Notes: generated by a model from the sequence alone, not told the origin. DNA of 64,000 nucleotides from Bacteroidales bacterium (GCA_038237165.1 JBBRYZ010000002.1:9395-73394), one strand, 5' to 3'; shown: positions 46,856-56,970, counted from the first letter of the stretch. Made by a program: numbers and translations.

Positions 46856-49522
46856 ATGAGAATACGTATCCTGCTTTTTACCTTTATATTCAGTCTGGCT
46901 GTTTTCCCGGTTTTTGCACAGAATCGCTCCCTGAAGGCAGCAGATGATGCATTCAACAATATGCAGTACAATGTTGCACTCAGTAAGTACAAAAAAGCTC
47001 TGTCGAAAGCCAAAGCCAAGCCTGACAAAGAAAAGATTTCGTTCCAAATGGCTGAATGTTACCGAATAATCAATAATACAAGGAAAGCAGAAGCCGCTTA
47101 CAAACGACTTGCCAAAACCAAATATGCCGAATCCAATCCCCTGGTTTTTTTGTACCTGGCTGAGGCACTGAAATCGAATGAAAAATACGAGGAAGCAAAA
47201 ACTTATTACGAAAAATACACTAATGCAGCTCCCAAGGATCCCCGCGGACCGGCCGGCTCACTTTCCTGCAAACTGGCTAAGGAATGGCTCGACAATCCTA
47301 CAAAATATAAAATCAAACTGGAAAAAGTTTTAAATTCCAGGGAATCGGATTTCTCAGCCACCTATGCCGACAAACTATACAACACCATTATTTTTACTTC
47401 TACACGCGAAGCTTCAACCGGAAAAGATATGGATAACTGGACCGGTCAGAATTTCAGCGACCTTTTTGTTTCGAAACTCGATCCGAAAGGCCAATGGTCG
47501 ACCCCGGTGCAGCTCGAAACCAACAATGTAATCAATACTGAGGCCAACGAAGGCAATCCTTTTGTGAACAGCAAGTTCAACCAGCTGTATTTTACACGTT
47601 GTCCTAATGATAAAGGAACACTGCAAGGTTGTAAAATTATGGTATCGCGACGTGCCGGCCGCAACTGGGGCGAACCAAAAGCCCTGGATCTGGGTGGCGA
47701 TAGTACAACTGTTTTCGGAAATCCTTCGGTAAGCCCTGATGAGTTGACCCTTTTATTTTCGAGCAACCTTCCCAAAGGGCAGGGCGGAAAAGACATCTGG
47801 ATGTCAACCAGGAAATCTACAGCTGATAATTTCGGCAGACCTCTGAATGCAGGCCCGGTTATCAATACGCCTGATGACGAAATGTTTCCGTTTATGCGAA
47901 ACGATACAACCCTATATTTTTCATCCAACGGTCACCCGGGAATGGGTGGTCTTGATATTTTCCGCTCCACATTTTCGAACGGTGCATGGACAAAACCTGT
48001 TAACATGCAGGCTCCGATCAATTCGCCGGGAGATGATTTCGCGATTATATTCAATCCCGAATCAGATGAAGGATTCTTTTCGTCGAACCGCAAAGGTGGA
48101 AAAGGAAGTGATGACATATATTCATTTGTAAATCCACCGGTTCTGTTTACCCTTGCCGGTGTTGTGAAGGATGATAATACTTTGCAGTTTATCCCTGGAG
48201 CAGTTGTAAAAATTACAGGTTCGAACGGCACCTCGGTTGAAGCACGAACCGATGCGCAGGGACATTACGGTTTCAATAAAGTTCAGATCAAGCCCAATAC
48301 AACGTATGAGCTTATCTGTATGAAGCCAAATTATTTTAACAAGAAAGCCAAAGAAACTACCGTAGGACTCGAAAGCAGCAAAGACTTCACAATCGATTTC
48401 AGGCTACAGCCAATTCCTGATAAGCCGATTGTGCTGCCGGATATTCTTTATGATCTTGCCAAATGGGACCTAAAACCCCAATACCAGGATTCGTTGCAGG
48501 GCCTGATAAAGACACTGGATGAAAACGAAACCATAATTATTGAACTTGCTTCGCATACCGACTCGCGTGGTACGGATGAAAGCAATGATGTACTTTCGCA
48601 GAAACGTGCCGAATCGGTTGTTAACTACCTTATTGACCGTGGTATTGATCCCGATAGACTAGTTGCCAAAGGTTATGGTGAACGTGTTCCTCGACGCCTG
48701 GCAAAGGATATGGTTAAAGACGGTTTCCTGTTTAAAGCAGGGACGGTTCTTTCACAGGCTTTTGTTGATTCTCTGAAAACAAAACCTGAACAGGAAGCTG
48801 CTTACGCGCTCAACCGCCGTTCGGAATTCAAGATTTTAAGTAAGGACTTTGTTCCTAAAACCCAGAATAAAGCCGTTACCGGCCAGGTACAAAATACAGT
48901 TGGCACTGAACCGGCCGACATTCCAGTCCAGCAAAAACAAACAGAAGTAACTCCCGGAAAAGCAGAGAATAAAGCTCCGGTGATTCAGGGGCAAACTCCT
49001 GTTACTCCGGGCAAAACACCGATAGTTACTCCTGCTGAACAGAAGGCAAATCCGGCCCCGATAACCAAAGCTCCGGTCGTAATACCTCCGACCCAGGCCC
49101 AAAAAGTCAATATTCAGATTAACCCTGATGACAATGTAGTGCAGATGAGTAGTAATCCCGACAATTCACTTTCGTTCAGCGCTGTTATAAATGGGCATAC
49201 CACACAAATCACTTTGGGTGAAGAAGGTTCAGGCTTGAGTTTCTCTGTGGATGAAACCCTGAAAATGCTGAAATCAGGATCCATTGGTAAAAATGATTTC
49301 GCGGGCGATCCCGAAAAAATACTAAGCCATAATTCAGTGGCTGATAAATCAATTTTTACGGTAGGCGAAATTAACATCTCAAATAAATCATCATTCGACG
49401 TGGAAGCAACTGTACTTCAGAAACAAAAAGTGGCTGTGTTGATGAGTGAAAAAGTGCTGAAAAAATTTGGTAACTATGTAATTGATAAGGATAGGAAGCA
49501 GCTTATTTTCAAAGTGAAGTAA
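46856..49522 (+). CDS. OmpA-family outer-membrane protein (TPR + TolB-like repeats + CarboxypepD_reg-like + OmpA_C) with an extra C-terminal extension
   Basis: Signal peptide. OmpA_C motif (ELASHTDSRGTDESNDVLSQKRAESV) around aa 570-650. A Pro/Thr/Gln-rich linker and a tail of about 150 aa follow. Confidence 0.8.
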   Translation: MRIRILLFTFIFSLAVFPVFAQNRSLKAADDAFNNMQYNVALSKYKKALSKAKAKPDKEKISFQMAECYRIINNTRKAEAAYKRLAKTKYAESNPLVFLYLAEALKSNEKYEEAKTYYEKYTNAAPKDPRGPAGSLSCKLAKEWLDNPTKYKIKLEKVLNSRESDFSATYADKLYNTIIFTSTREASTGKDMDNWTGQNFSDLFVSKLDPKGQWSTPVQLETNNVINTEANEGNPFVNSKFNQLYFTRCPNDKGTLQGCKIMVSRRAGRNWGEPKALDLGGDSTTVFGNPSVSPDELTLLFSSNLPKGQGGKDIWMSTRKSTADNFGRPLNAGPVINTPDDEMFPFMRNDTTLYFSSNGHPGMGGLDIFRSTFSNGAWTKPVNMQAPINSPGDDFAIIFNPESDEGFFSSNRKGGKGSDDIYSFVNPPVLFTLAGVVKDDNTLQFIPGAVVKITGSNGTSVEARTDAQGHYGFNKVQIKPNTTYELICMKPNYFNKKAKETTVGLESSKDFTIDFRLQPIPDKPIVLPDILYDLAKWDLKPQYQDSLQGLIKTLDENETIIIELASHTDSRGTDESNDVLSQKRAESVVNYLIDRGIDPDRLVAKGYGERVPRRLAKDMVKDGFLFKAGTVLSQAFVDSLKTKPEQEAAYALNRRSEFKILSKDFVPKTQNKAVTGQVQNTVGTEPADIPVQQKQTEVTPGKAENKAPVIQGQTPVTPGKTPIVTPAEQKANPAPITKAPVVIPPTQAQKVNIQINPDDNVVQMSSNPDNSLSFSAVINGHTTQITLGEEGSGLSFSVDETLKMLKSGSIGKNDFAGDPEKILSHNSVADKSIFTVGEINISNKSSFDVEATVLQKQKVAVLMSEKVLKKFGNYVIDKDRKQLIFKVK

Positions 49523-49694
49523 GCAGTTAATGGTTAATGGAAAATGGAAAATGGTTAACATTAATTTATTCAGGAATTCAAAAAACATTTAACATTAAAC
49601 ACAAAACATTTAACACTTAACAGCACTCCATGCACTAAGCACCACACACCACTCAAAGCACTTTTACCTCTAATTTTAAAACTCAATCAACCCC
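49523..49694. repeat. heptamer lattice filling the whole spacer from stop to start (about 24 units)
   Basis: gcagtta atggtta atggaaa atggaaa atggtta ... then 11 consecutive units beginning with C (caaaaaa catttaa cattaaa cacaaaa catttaa cacttaa cagcact ccatgca ctaagca ccacaca ccactca). Confidence 0.9.
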
Positions 49695-50855
49695 ATGACC
49701 GACAAGTATTCGCAACGAGGAGTTTCGGCCACAAAAGACGATGTTCATAAAGCAATAAAAAACATAGACAAAGGCTTGTTTCCGAATGCATTTTGCAAGG
49801 TTGTTCCTGACTTTCTTGGCAACGATCCCGAGTATTGCTATGTGATGCATGCCGATGGCGCGGGCACTAAATCATCACTCGCATACATCTACTGGCGCGA
49901 AACCGGTGATGTTTCTGTGTGGAAAGGCATCGCCCAGGACGCAGTGGTCATGAATACCGACGATTTACTGTGTGTAGGAATTACCGACGGCATTTTACTT
50001 TCTTCAACCATAGGCAGGAATAAAAACCTGATTCCCGGAGAAGTGATCAGCGCAATAATCGAAGGTACCGAAGAATGTCTTGCGATGATGCGCGAAAATG
50101 GGATCGGCATTCATTCAACTGGTGGCGAAACTGCTGATGTGGGCGACCTTGTACGAACGATAATAGTGGATAGCACTGTAATAGCAAGGGTTCGCCGGAG
50201 TGATATCATTGAAAATAATATTCAACCGGGTGATGTGATTGTCGGTTTGGCTTCGTTCGGACAGGCAACTTATGAAAATGTATATAACGGAGGCATGGGC
50301 AGTAACGGGCTTACATCGGCACGTCACGATGTGTTTGCACATGACTATGCTTTGAAATATCCCGAAAGCTACGATCAGTCTATTGAAAAAGACCTTGTGT
50401 ATGCCGGCAACCTGATGGTTACCGATCCTTCGGAAGTTACGGGCATAAATGCCGGCAAACTGGTGCTGTCCTCTACCCGCACTTATGCACCGGTTATTAA
50501 GGTGCTCCTCGATCATCTGAGGAATGAAATCCATGGTATGATACATTGCAGCGGAGGCGCTCAAACCAAAGTGCTGCATTTTGTGGAAAACCTGCATATC
50601 ATTAAGGATAACCTTTTCCCGATCCCACCACTATTCAGGATGATTCAGCAACAATCAGGAACTCCGCTGCGCGAGATGTACCAGGTTTTTAATATGGGAC
50701 ATCGCATGGAAATATATGTTCCCGCGGATGTAGCGGATGAAATTATTTCCATATCCGAAAGTTTCGGCATCGCTGCCAGGGTTGTGGGAAGGTGTGAAAA
50801 GTGGGAAGGCAAAAAGCTTACGATTCAGACAGATACTGAAACATTCGCATATTAA
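49695..50855 (+). CDS. purM: phosphoribosylformylglycinamidine cyclo-ligase (Bacteroidota-type AIR synthase)
   Basis: 386 aa. The YSQRGVSATKDDVHKAIKNIDKGLFPNAFCK...MHADGAGTKSSLAY pattern matches Bacteroides-type PurM as I recall it. Confidence 0.8.
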   Translation: MTDKYSQRGVSATKDDVHKAIKNIDKGLFPNAFCKVVPDFLGNDPEYCYVMHADGAGTKSSLAYIYWRETGDVSVWKGIAQDAVVMNTDDLLCVGITDGILLSSTIGRNKNLIPGEVISAIIEGTEECLAMMRENGIGIHSTGGETADVGDLVRTIIVDSTVIARVRRSDIIENNIQPGDVIVGLASFGQATYENVYNGGMGSNGLTSARHDVFAHDYALKYPESYDQSIEKDLVYAGNLMVTDPSEVTGINAGKLVLSSTRTYAPVIKVLLDHLRNEIHGMIHCSGGAQTKVLHFVENLHIIKDNLFPIPPLFRMIQQQSGTPLREMYQVFNMGHRMEIYVPADVADEIISISESFGIAARVVGRCEKWEGKKLTIQTDTETFAY

Positions 50856-50912
50856 TATTGATTACAAAAAGGAAAGCATTGATCATTTGTAGAAACTGTA
50901 ATATTTTCTAAA

Positions 50913-51416
50913 ATGGAACGATACGTCCAACAACTTATTGAAGATCTGGAACATGTGGCATCCAATCCGCCGGCTCATCCATACGTTGAGTCACCTCCAC
51001 ATCTAAACGGAAATATTGAAATTGCAGAATTAGCGCTTACTCCTTATAAGCCAATCAGCGAATGGACTGGTATTAGCCGGGAAGAATTTCCTTGCATACT
51101 GCAACTTTCGATCGATCAGGCAAACAAAATTAACTTGGCTATTTTCAAGGTTTTTGCTTCGCTCAATATTGAACTGATAGATGCACCTGACGATTTGCCG
51201 CCTGACATGCTATACGAAGCAATTACTTTCAACTGGGATATGCTGATTCAATTTCTGCCTAACGCTGGCTATGACCTTGAGCTATGTAGCCATGATGCCG
51301 ACTTCTGCCTGTATGGCGAATTTTGTGATTGTTATATAGACCCTGATTTTACGAATCTTGAAGATGACACTCCCGATATTGTAAAAAACGAAAGCGAAGA
51401 AGAACTGCCGTTTTAA
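50913..51416 (+). CDS. hypothetical acidic protein
   Basis: 167-aa ORF in a coding-like context. No family was recognised. Confidence 0.4.
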   Translation: MERYVQQLIEDLEHVASNPPAHPYVESPPHLNGNIEIAELALTPYKPISEWTGISREEFPCILQLSIDQANKINLAIFKVFASLNIELIDAPDDLPPDMLYEAITFNWDMLIQFLPNAGYDLELCSHDADFCLYGEFCDCYIDPDFTNLEDDTPDIVKNESEEELPF

Positions 51417-51542
51417 AACAGGAAAACAAAGCTGGAATAAATAGCATTCAATTAAATTTTCTTAAAATCAATCTTCGGATTTGAGTAAAATAGTTTTGTT
51501 ATTAATAGAATTTAGTCCTGAACTATTGTTAATCTGCGACAA

Positions 51543-52127
51543 ATGGAAGAATTGGATAGCATATTACAGATCCTTTACACTGTAAAGGAGGATAAGGCAA
51601 AACTGGCGAAAATACTTACCTTTCTGGAAACGGAAATATATGAAGAAACGGATCAGAAGGAAGAAATCCAGGTGCCTGAAAAATTTCTGAAAGCTGTTGC
51701 AGAAATTGCCGACAGCATTGATGCCGGGTTAACATGTTTCCTCAATCTCGATACGCTCGAAGTGGAAGAAATTCCTAAAAATGAGTTAGAGTTGTATTAT
51801 GATGATCCTGACGATGAGGACAATGATTCTGCCGACGAACCGGAAATTAAACATTTTGAATGGGAAAATTGTCTGGAAGTTGAGCCCCTCGAATCAAATG
51901 AATCATTCCGTATCATGGAAGCCTTTGCAGAAAACCTGGAAGACCATCATATTCAAAACAAATTGGTTAATACACTCAACAACCGCAAACCCTTTGCCAA
52001 TTTTAAATTTGCCATCGACAATTCGCCCTACCGGCAGCAATGGTTCGGATTTAAAAAGAAATGGCTCGAAAACTATGTAAAAGATCTCCTTATTTTAAAG
52101 TTGGATAAAGATTCAGATACTCTTTAA
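51543..52127 (+). CDS. hypothetical acidic protein, UPF0158-like C-terminus
   Basis: 194 aa. The C-terminal RKPFANFKFAI...RQQWFGFKKKW resembles UPF0158. This call is tentative. Confidence 0.4.
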   Translation: MEELDSILQILYTVKEDKAKLAKILTFLETEIYEETDQKEEIQVPEKFLKAVAEIADSIDAGLTCFLNLDTLEVEEIPKNELELYYDDPDDEDNDSADEPEIKHFEWENCLEVEPLESNESFRIMEAFAENLEDHHIQNKLVNTLNNRKPFANFKFAIDNSPYRQQWFGFKKKWLENYVKDLLILKLDKDSDTL

Positions 52128-52239
52128 ACCTGAAAGGTATTTCGTCAGAGCAACTTTACAAGCTGATCTATGCTTTATCAAACAGATTGAAAATTTGATA
52201 ATTGCAATATCAGGTCTGCAAACCAATCCTCTTTTCACG

Positions 52240-52247
52240 TACCTTTG
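52240..52247 (+). promoter_or_regulatory. -7 box (TACCTTTG) for prfA
   Basis: TAnnTTTG 24 nt upstream of ATG 52271. It lies inside the longer ORF-track start. Confidence 0.5.
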
Positions 52248-52270
52248 CACCCGCAAAATCAATTACCCAT

Positions 52271-53341
52271 ATGTTAGATAAGCTTGCAGCCATAAACGAA
52301 CGTTACCTTACTATTGCTACTCAAATCAATGATCCTGACGTAATGCAGGATATGAAAGCATATATAAAACTCAGCAAAGACTATAAAGAACTTCAGCCTA
52401 TTATCGAAGGTTATAAGAAATATAAAGTGATTGTGGAAGGCATCGAAGCCTGCCATTCCATACTTGATGAAGAAAAGGACGAGGAAATGCGTTCCTTTGC
52501 CAGAGAGGAAATGGAGTCGCTTACCGACCAGCGCGACAAACTGGAAGAAGAAATCCGCCTTATGCTCATTCCTTCCGATCCGCAGGATGTAAAAAATGCT
52601 GTGGTCGAAATCAGGGCAGGCTCAGGTGGAGACGAAGCCAGTATTTTTGCAGGCGACCTTTACCGTATGTACATACGCTATTGCGAACGTAAAAACTGGA
52701 AGATAGAGCCTGTTAGTATGACCGAAGGCACTATGGGCGGTTTTAAGGAAGTTATTTTCGAAGTAAAAGGCGACGGAGTTTATGGTTTATTGAAATATGA
52801 ATCGGGAGTGCATCGCGTACAGCGTGTTCCCGACACCGAAACTCAGGGCCGGATTCATACTTCGGCAGCATCTGTTGCGGTTTTGCCCGAAGCTGATGAA
52901 TTTGAAGTAGACTTGAAACCCAGCGATATCCGTAAAGACACGTATTGTTCATCCGGTCCCGGTGGACAAAGTGTAAATACAACTTACTCAGCAGTGCGCC
53001 TTACCCATGCTCCTACCGGAATCGTGGTTGCCATTCAGGATGAAAAATCGCAGATGAAGAATTTCGAAAAAGCCATGACGATTTTACGGGCACGAATTTT
53101 CGAACGGGAATACCAGAAATATCTGGATGAGATTTCGAAAAAACGTAAAACCATGGTTTCCTCCGGCGACCGGTCTGCAAAAATCCGCACCTATAATTAC
53201 CCGCAAAGCCGCGTTACTGATCATCGCATCAATTATACCATGTATAATCTACCAGTCTTTCTGGATGGTGAAATACAGGATTTTATTGATAATCTGCAAC
53301 TGGCTGAAAATGCGGAAAGACTGAAAGAAGCGACGGAATAA
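52271..53341 (+). CDS. prfA: peptide chain release factor 1
   Basis: GGQ motif (SGPGGQSVN) and an RF1-type RVQRVPDTETQGR region. Start MLDKLAAINERY. Confidence 0.9.
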   Translation: MLDKLAAINERYLTIATQINDPDVMQDMKAYIKLSKDYKELQPIIEGYKKYKVIVEGIEACHSILDEEKDEEMRSFAREEMESLTDQRDKLEEEIRLMLIPSDPQDVKNAVVEIRAGSGGDEASIFAGDLYRMYIRYCERKNWKIEPVSMTEGTMGGFKEVIFEVKGDGVYGLLKYESGVHRVQRVPDTETQGRIHTSAASVAVLPEADEFEVDLKPSDIRKDTYCSSGPGGQSVNTTYSAVRLTHAPTGIVVAIQDEKSQMKNFEKAMTILRARIFEREYQKYLDEISKKRKTMVSSGDRSAKIRTYNYPQSRVTDHRINYTMYNLPVFLDGEIQDFIDNLQLAENAERLKEATE

Positions 53342-53588
53342 ATTCGGATTTGTCCACAAATGTTCACAAATAAAACACAAATAGGCACAAATAATTCTTG
53401 CTTATTATTTATCAATTATTCTTCAGGCTGGTCAGAATTTTATTGATAATCTGCAACTGGCTGAAAATGCGGAAAGACTGAAAGAAGCGACGGAATAAAT
53501 TCGGATTTGTCCACAAATGTTCACAAATAAAACACAAATAGGCACAAATAATTCTTGCTTATTATTCATCAATTATTCTTCAGGCTGG
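53276..53588. repeat. tandem duplication, 2 x 157 bp, covering the last 66 nt of prfA (stop codon included) plus 91 nt downstream
   Basis: 53276-53432 and 53433-53588 are collinear with 2 mismatches (53279 vs 53436, and tatttatc vs tattcatc). Confidence 0.95.
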
Positions 53589-53660
53589 AAAGAATTGGCA
53601 CAATAATTTTGTGTTAATTTGTGAAACATTTGAGTTATTTGTGGAAGATACATTTCCACG

Positions 53661-53690
53661 CTATGCACCAAGCACCTAGCACCAAATCCT
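53661..53690. repeat. heptamer array (CCAAGCA family) abutting the pyrF ATG
   Basis: ctatgca ccaagca cctagca ccaaatc. The unit is the reverse complement of the TGCTTGG family at 27598 and 39900. Confidence 0.75.
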
Positions 53691-54533
53691 ATGAACCGTT
53701 CCGACCTTTTCCATCTTATCCAGAAAAAGAAATCTTTCCTCTGCGTTGGCCTCGACAGCGATCTGAATAAAATCCCGAAACACCTTCTGGACTCTGACGA
53801 TCCTGTTTTTGAGTTCAACAAACAGATTATTGATGCTACTCTGCCATATACTGTTGCTTATAAGCCAAACCTGGCCTTTTACGAAAGCCGTGGAATAAAA
53901 GGCCTGATCAGTCTGGAAAAGACAATGAATTATCTCGAAAATTTCAAAAGCGAAGTATTCACTATTGCCGATGCCAAACGCGGTGATATTGGAAATACTT
54001 CAACTCAATACGCCATTTCTGTTTTCGACAAAGAGGCTTCGGGATTCAGTTTTGATGCTATTACTGTTGCTCCTTATATGGGTGCAGACTCAGTTCAGCC
54101 TTTCCTGGCTTTTCCGGGCAAATGGGCAATCGTGCTGGCACTCACTTCCAACAAAGGATCCGACGATTTTCAGTTGTTGGCGGATGGAAATGAAACCCGT
54201 CTTTTCGAACGTGTACTCGAACGCGCCTCCGCATGGGGAACTTCTGATAATATGATGTACGTGGTTGGCGCTACCAAGGCCGAAATGTTTGAAGGAATCC
54301 GCAAAATTGTACCCGACCATTTCCTTTTGGTTCCCGGAGTCGGGGCACAGGGCGGTGATCTGAATGCCGTTGCAAAATATGGATTGAACAACCACTGCGG
54401 GTTGCTGGTTAATGCTTCACGAAGCATCCTTTTTGCCACGGCGGGAATTGATTTTGCTGAAAAAGCAGCAAAGGAAGCTCATTCAATGCAAAAAGAAATG
54501 GAAACCATATTGCAGCATAACCACCTGATCTAA
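53691..54533 (+). CDS. pyrF: orotidine-5'-phosphate decarboxylase (type 2)
   Basis: 280 aa. LCVGLDSD, ADAKRGDIGNT and LVPGVGAQGG motifs. Confidence 0.9.
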   Translation: MNRSDLFHLIQKKKSFLCVGLDSDLNKIPKHLLDSDDPVFEFNKQIIDATLPYTVAYKPNLAFYESRGIKGLISLEKTMNYLENFKSEVFTIADAKRGDIGNTSTQYAISVFDKEASGFSFDAITVAPYMGADSVQPFLAFPGKWAIVLALTSNKGSDDFQLLADGNETRLFERVLERASAWGTSDNMMYVVGATKAEMFEGIRKIVPDHFLLVPGVGAQGGDLNAVAKYGLNNHCGLLVNASRSILFATAGIDFAEKAAKEAHSMQKEMETILQHNHLI

Positions 54534-54539
54534 ATAGCT

Positions 54540-55712
54540 ATGAGTAAGAAGATTATTCGAATTTTACTATCCCTTGCAGTATTCATGCTGCTGGCTTTTA
54601 TATTTGCTCCTGCTTATGTTAGCCAGGCACTTATTCATCGCTATGCGAGAATTGACAATTATAAAATTTTTGATTACAGGATTGTCCAAAATGATCAACC
54701 TATTCCCTGGCAACACGATTCAACATATAATCTTCAGAAAATAAATCCTAAGTCACTTCAGGAAATTGGTTCCTTTGGAACAACTGCTTTCGTGGTAATC
54801 CGGAATAATAAGATTTTACATGAAGAATATTGGGCTGGCGCAACCGATACAACGCGTAGCAATTCGTTTTCTGTCGCCAAAAGCATTGTATCTCTGATGA
54901 TTGGCTGCCTTGTGGACGAAGGAAAAATCAAAAGTCTGGATCAGCCTATCACTGATTTTCTTCCTGAATTCAGGAATACCAATGGTTACACTCTGCGTAT
55001 CATAGATCTGCTAACCATGAGTTCGGGACTCGATTGGAAAGAAAGCTATTCAAGTCTTTTTTCACCAACTACCAAAGCATATTATGGCAGTCATCTGGCC
55101 GACCAGGTTCTGGCCCTGAAAGTAAAAAGCGAACCAGGAAAAGTATTCGACTACCAAAGCTGCAATACCCAATTGCTTGGGTTAATTATTGAAAAGGCAT
55201 CAGGTAAAAAGCTCTCAGACTATACCTCCGAAAAGCTTTGGAAACCCCTGGGTGCGGAGCAATCTGCCTATTGGAGCGTTGATAGGAATGGTGGAGTTGA
55301 GAAAGCTTACTGCTGCTTTAACAGCACTGCTACCGATTTTGCACGCATAGGACAGATGGTTCTCGACAGCGGTCAATTTAATAATAAGCAAATCGTTTCG
55401 AAATCATACCTTAAACAAGCAACCTCTCCGGCCTCCTGGCTTAAAGGTGAAGACGGCACTCCCCTGGATTACTACGGATACCAGTTTTGGATGCTGACGT
55501 ACAAAGGGCACAAAGTGGTTTATGCCCGGGGAATTTTAGGACAGTATATTTTTATAATCCCATCACTGAATGCAATTGCAGTAAGGCTTGGCAACGAAAG
55601 AAGCAAAGTACAGGTAAGGCATGTTCCATCAGATATTTTTACTTACCTGGATGCGGCGTTTGGACTGATAGAGAAAGATAGCAAACAGATAAGTGTTATT
55701 CAAAAGAAATAG
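54540..55712 (+). CDS. serine hydrolase (beta-lactamase-family)
   Basis: 390 aa with an N-terminal TM anchor, an SxxK motif (SVAK), and a 6-nt gap after pyrF. Confidence 0.75.
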   Translation: MSKKIIRILLSLAVFMLLAFIFAPAYVSQALIHRYARIDNYKIFDYRIVQNDQPIPWQHDSTYNLQKINPKSLQEIGSFGTTAFVVIRNNKILHEEYWAGATDTTRSNSFSVAKSIVSLMIGCLVDEGKIKSLDQPITDFLPEFRNTNGYTLRIIDLLTMSSGLDWKESYSSLFSPTTKAYYGSHLADQVLALKVKSEPGKVFDYQSCNTQLLGLIIEKASGKKLSDYTSEKLWKPLGAEQSAYWSVDRNGGVEKAYCCFNSTATDFARIGQMVLDSGQFNNKQIVSKSYLKQATSPASWLKGEDGTPLDYYGYQFWMLTYKGHKVVYARGILGQYIFIIPSLNAIAVRLGNERSKVQVRHVPSDIFTYLDAAFGLIEKDSKQISVIQKK

Positions 55713-55833
55713 ATTGCTACTTTCGGATTTAAATCAAATGGTTTAAATATGAAAACAGGCACAATTTATCGCCCTTCTCCGAAAAAAGAAAATATTCCTG
55801 TTTCCTACTCCAGGAAAGCAAAAAGTCCTATTT

Positions 55834-55876
55834 CCTTCTCCTCTCAGGAGAAGGTGCCCGAAGGGCGGATGAGGTG
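55834..55876. repeat. solo copy of the hairpin + GGATGAGGTGA repeat
   Basis: CCTTCTCC-tctca-GGAGAAGG TGCCCGAAGGGCGGATGAGGTGA, the same core as the four tandem copies at 2261-2624. Confidence 0.85.
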
Positions 55877-55899
55877 AGAAGTGAAATGGGATGAGGTCA

Positions 55900-55933
55900 A
55901 AAAAAACGCCGGAATGATTCCGGCGTTTTTTTA
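55900..55933. terminator. bidirectional rho-independent terminator
   Basis: A-run, CGCCGGAA-tga-TTCCGGCG, then T7. It sits between convergent genes. Confidence 0.8.
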
Positions 55934-55947
55934 TGTGTTATGATTTA

Positions 55948-56970
55948 CTAAAAATCTACCACCGAAGTCCAGCCAAATTTATCCTCGGCATCACCATACT
56001 GAATATCAACAAGCCGCTTATAAAGTTGTGTTGATTTTTCACCGGCTTTGCCATCAAGACAATAATTCCATTCGGTTCCCATTTCGATATCCACAATCCG
56101 GCGGATAGGTGAAATTACGGCTGCAGTTCCGCAGGCGCCAACTTCGTCGAATTCGGATAATTCGGTAAGTTCTATCGGTCTTCTTTCAACTTTCATTCCC
56201 ATATCTTCAGCCAATACCATCAGGCTTTTATTTGTGATGGATGGAAGAATGGATTCAGAAAGCGGAGTGACGTAAGTATTCCCTTTAATAGCAAAGAAAT
56301 TTGCAGGACCTGCCTCGTCGATATATTTCTTTTCGTGTGCATCCAGAAACAGAGCTGATGCAAAGCCTTCATGATGAGCTAATTCACCGGCAGTAAGACT
56401 GGCGGCATAGTTTCCACCCACTTTATAGCGTCCGGTTCCTTTCGGAGCGGCACGGTCGAATTCGCGGGCTACCATAATGCTTACCGGGTTAAATCCTCCT
56501 TTAAAATATGGACCTACCGGTGATACAAACACGAGCAACAGATATTCGTCAGCCGGGCTCACTCCTACCCTTGGCCCTGAGCCAAACAACAACGGACGGA
56601 TATACAAAGAAGCACCGGTACCATATGGGGGAACGAATTCGGTGTTAAGCCGAACAGCAGTAAAAACAGCTTCTTTGAAAAGCTCAATCGGCGGAACAGC
56701 CATCATAATTCCTTTGGCTGATTCCTGCATACGCTTTGCATTCTCTTGCCAACGGAACAACCTGATCTTTCCATCCTTGCCCATATATGCCTTTAAGCCT
56801 TCGAATGCTTCCTGTCCGTAATGCAGGCCAGTTGCAGCCATATGGATTGAAACGAACTCGGAATCTGTTGATTCCAATTTGCCCCATTCGCCCTCGCGAA
56901 AGTAGGAACGTACATTGTAATTTGTTTTCTGGTAACCAAAAGGCAGGCTACTCCATTCTATCTGATTCAT
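55948..56970 (-). CDS. ilvE: branched-chain amino acid aminotransferase
   Basis: About 340 aa of the class IV aminotransferase family (YGQEAFEGLKAY, GTGRYKVGGNYAAS). Start MNQIEWSSLPFGY. Confidence 0.85.
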   Translation of the reverse strand: MNQIEWSSLPFGYQKTNYNVRSYFREGEWGKLESTDSEFVSIHMAATGLHYGQEAFEGLKAYMGKDGKIRLFRWQENAKRMQESAKGIMMAVPPIELFKEAVFTAVRLNTEFVPPYGTGASLYIRPLLFGSGPRVGVSPADEYLLLVFVSPVGPYFKGGFNPVSIMVAREFDRAAPKGTGRYKVGGNYAASLTAGELAHHEGFASALFLDAHEKKYIDEAGPANFFAIKGNTYVTPLSESILPSITNKSLMVLAEDMGMKVERRPIELTELSEFDEVGACGTAAVISPIRRIVDIEMGTEWNYCLDGKAGEKSTQLYKRLVDIQYGDAEDKFGWTSVVDF

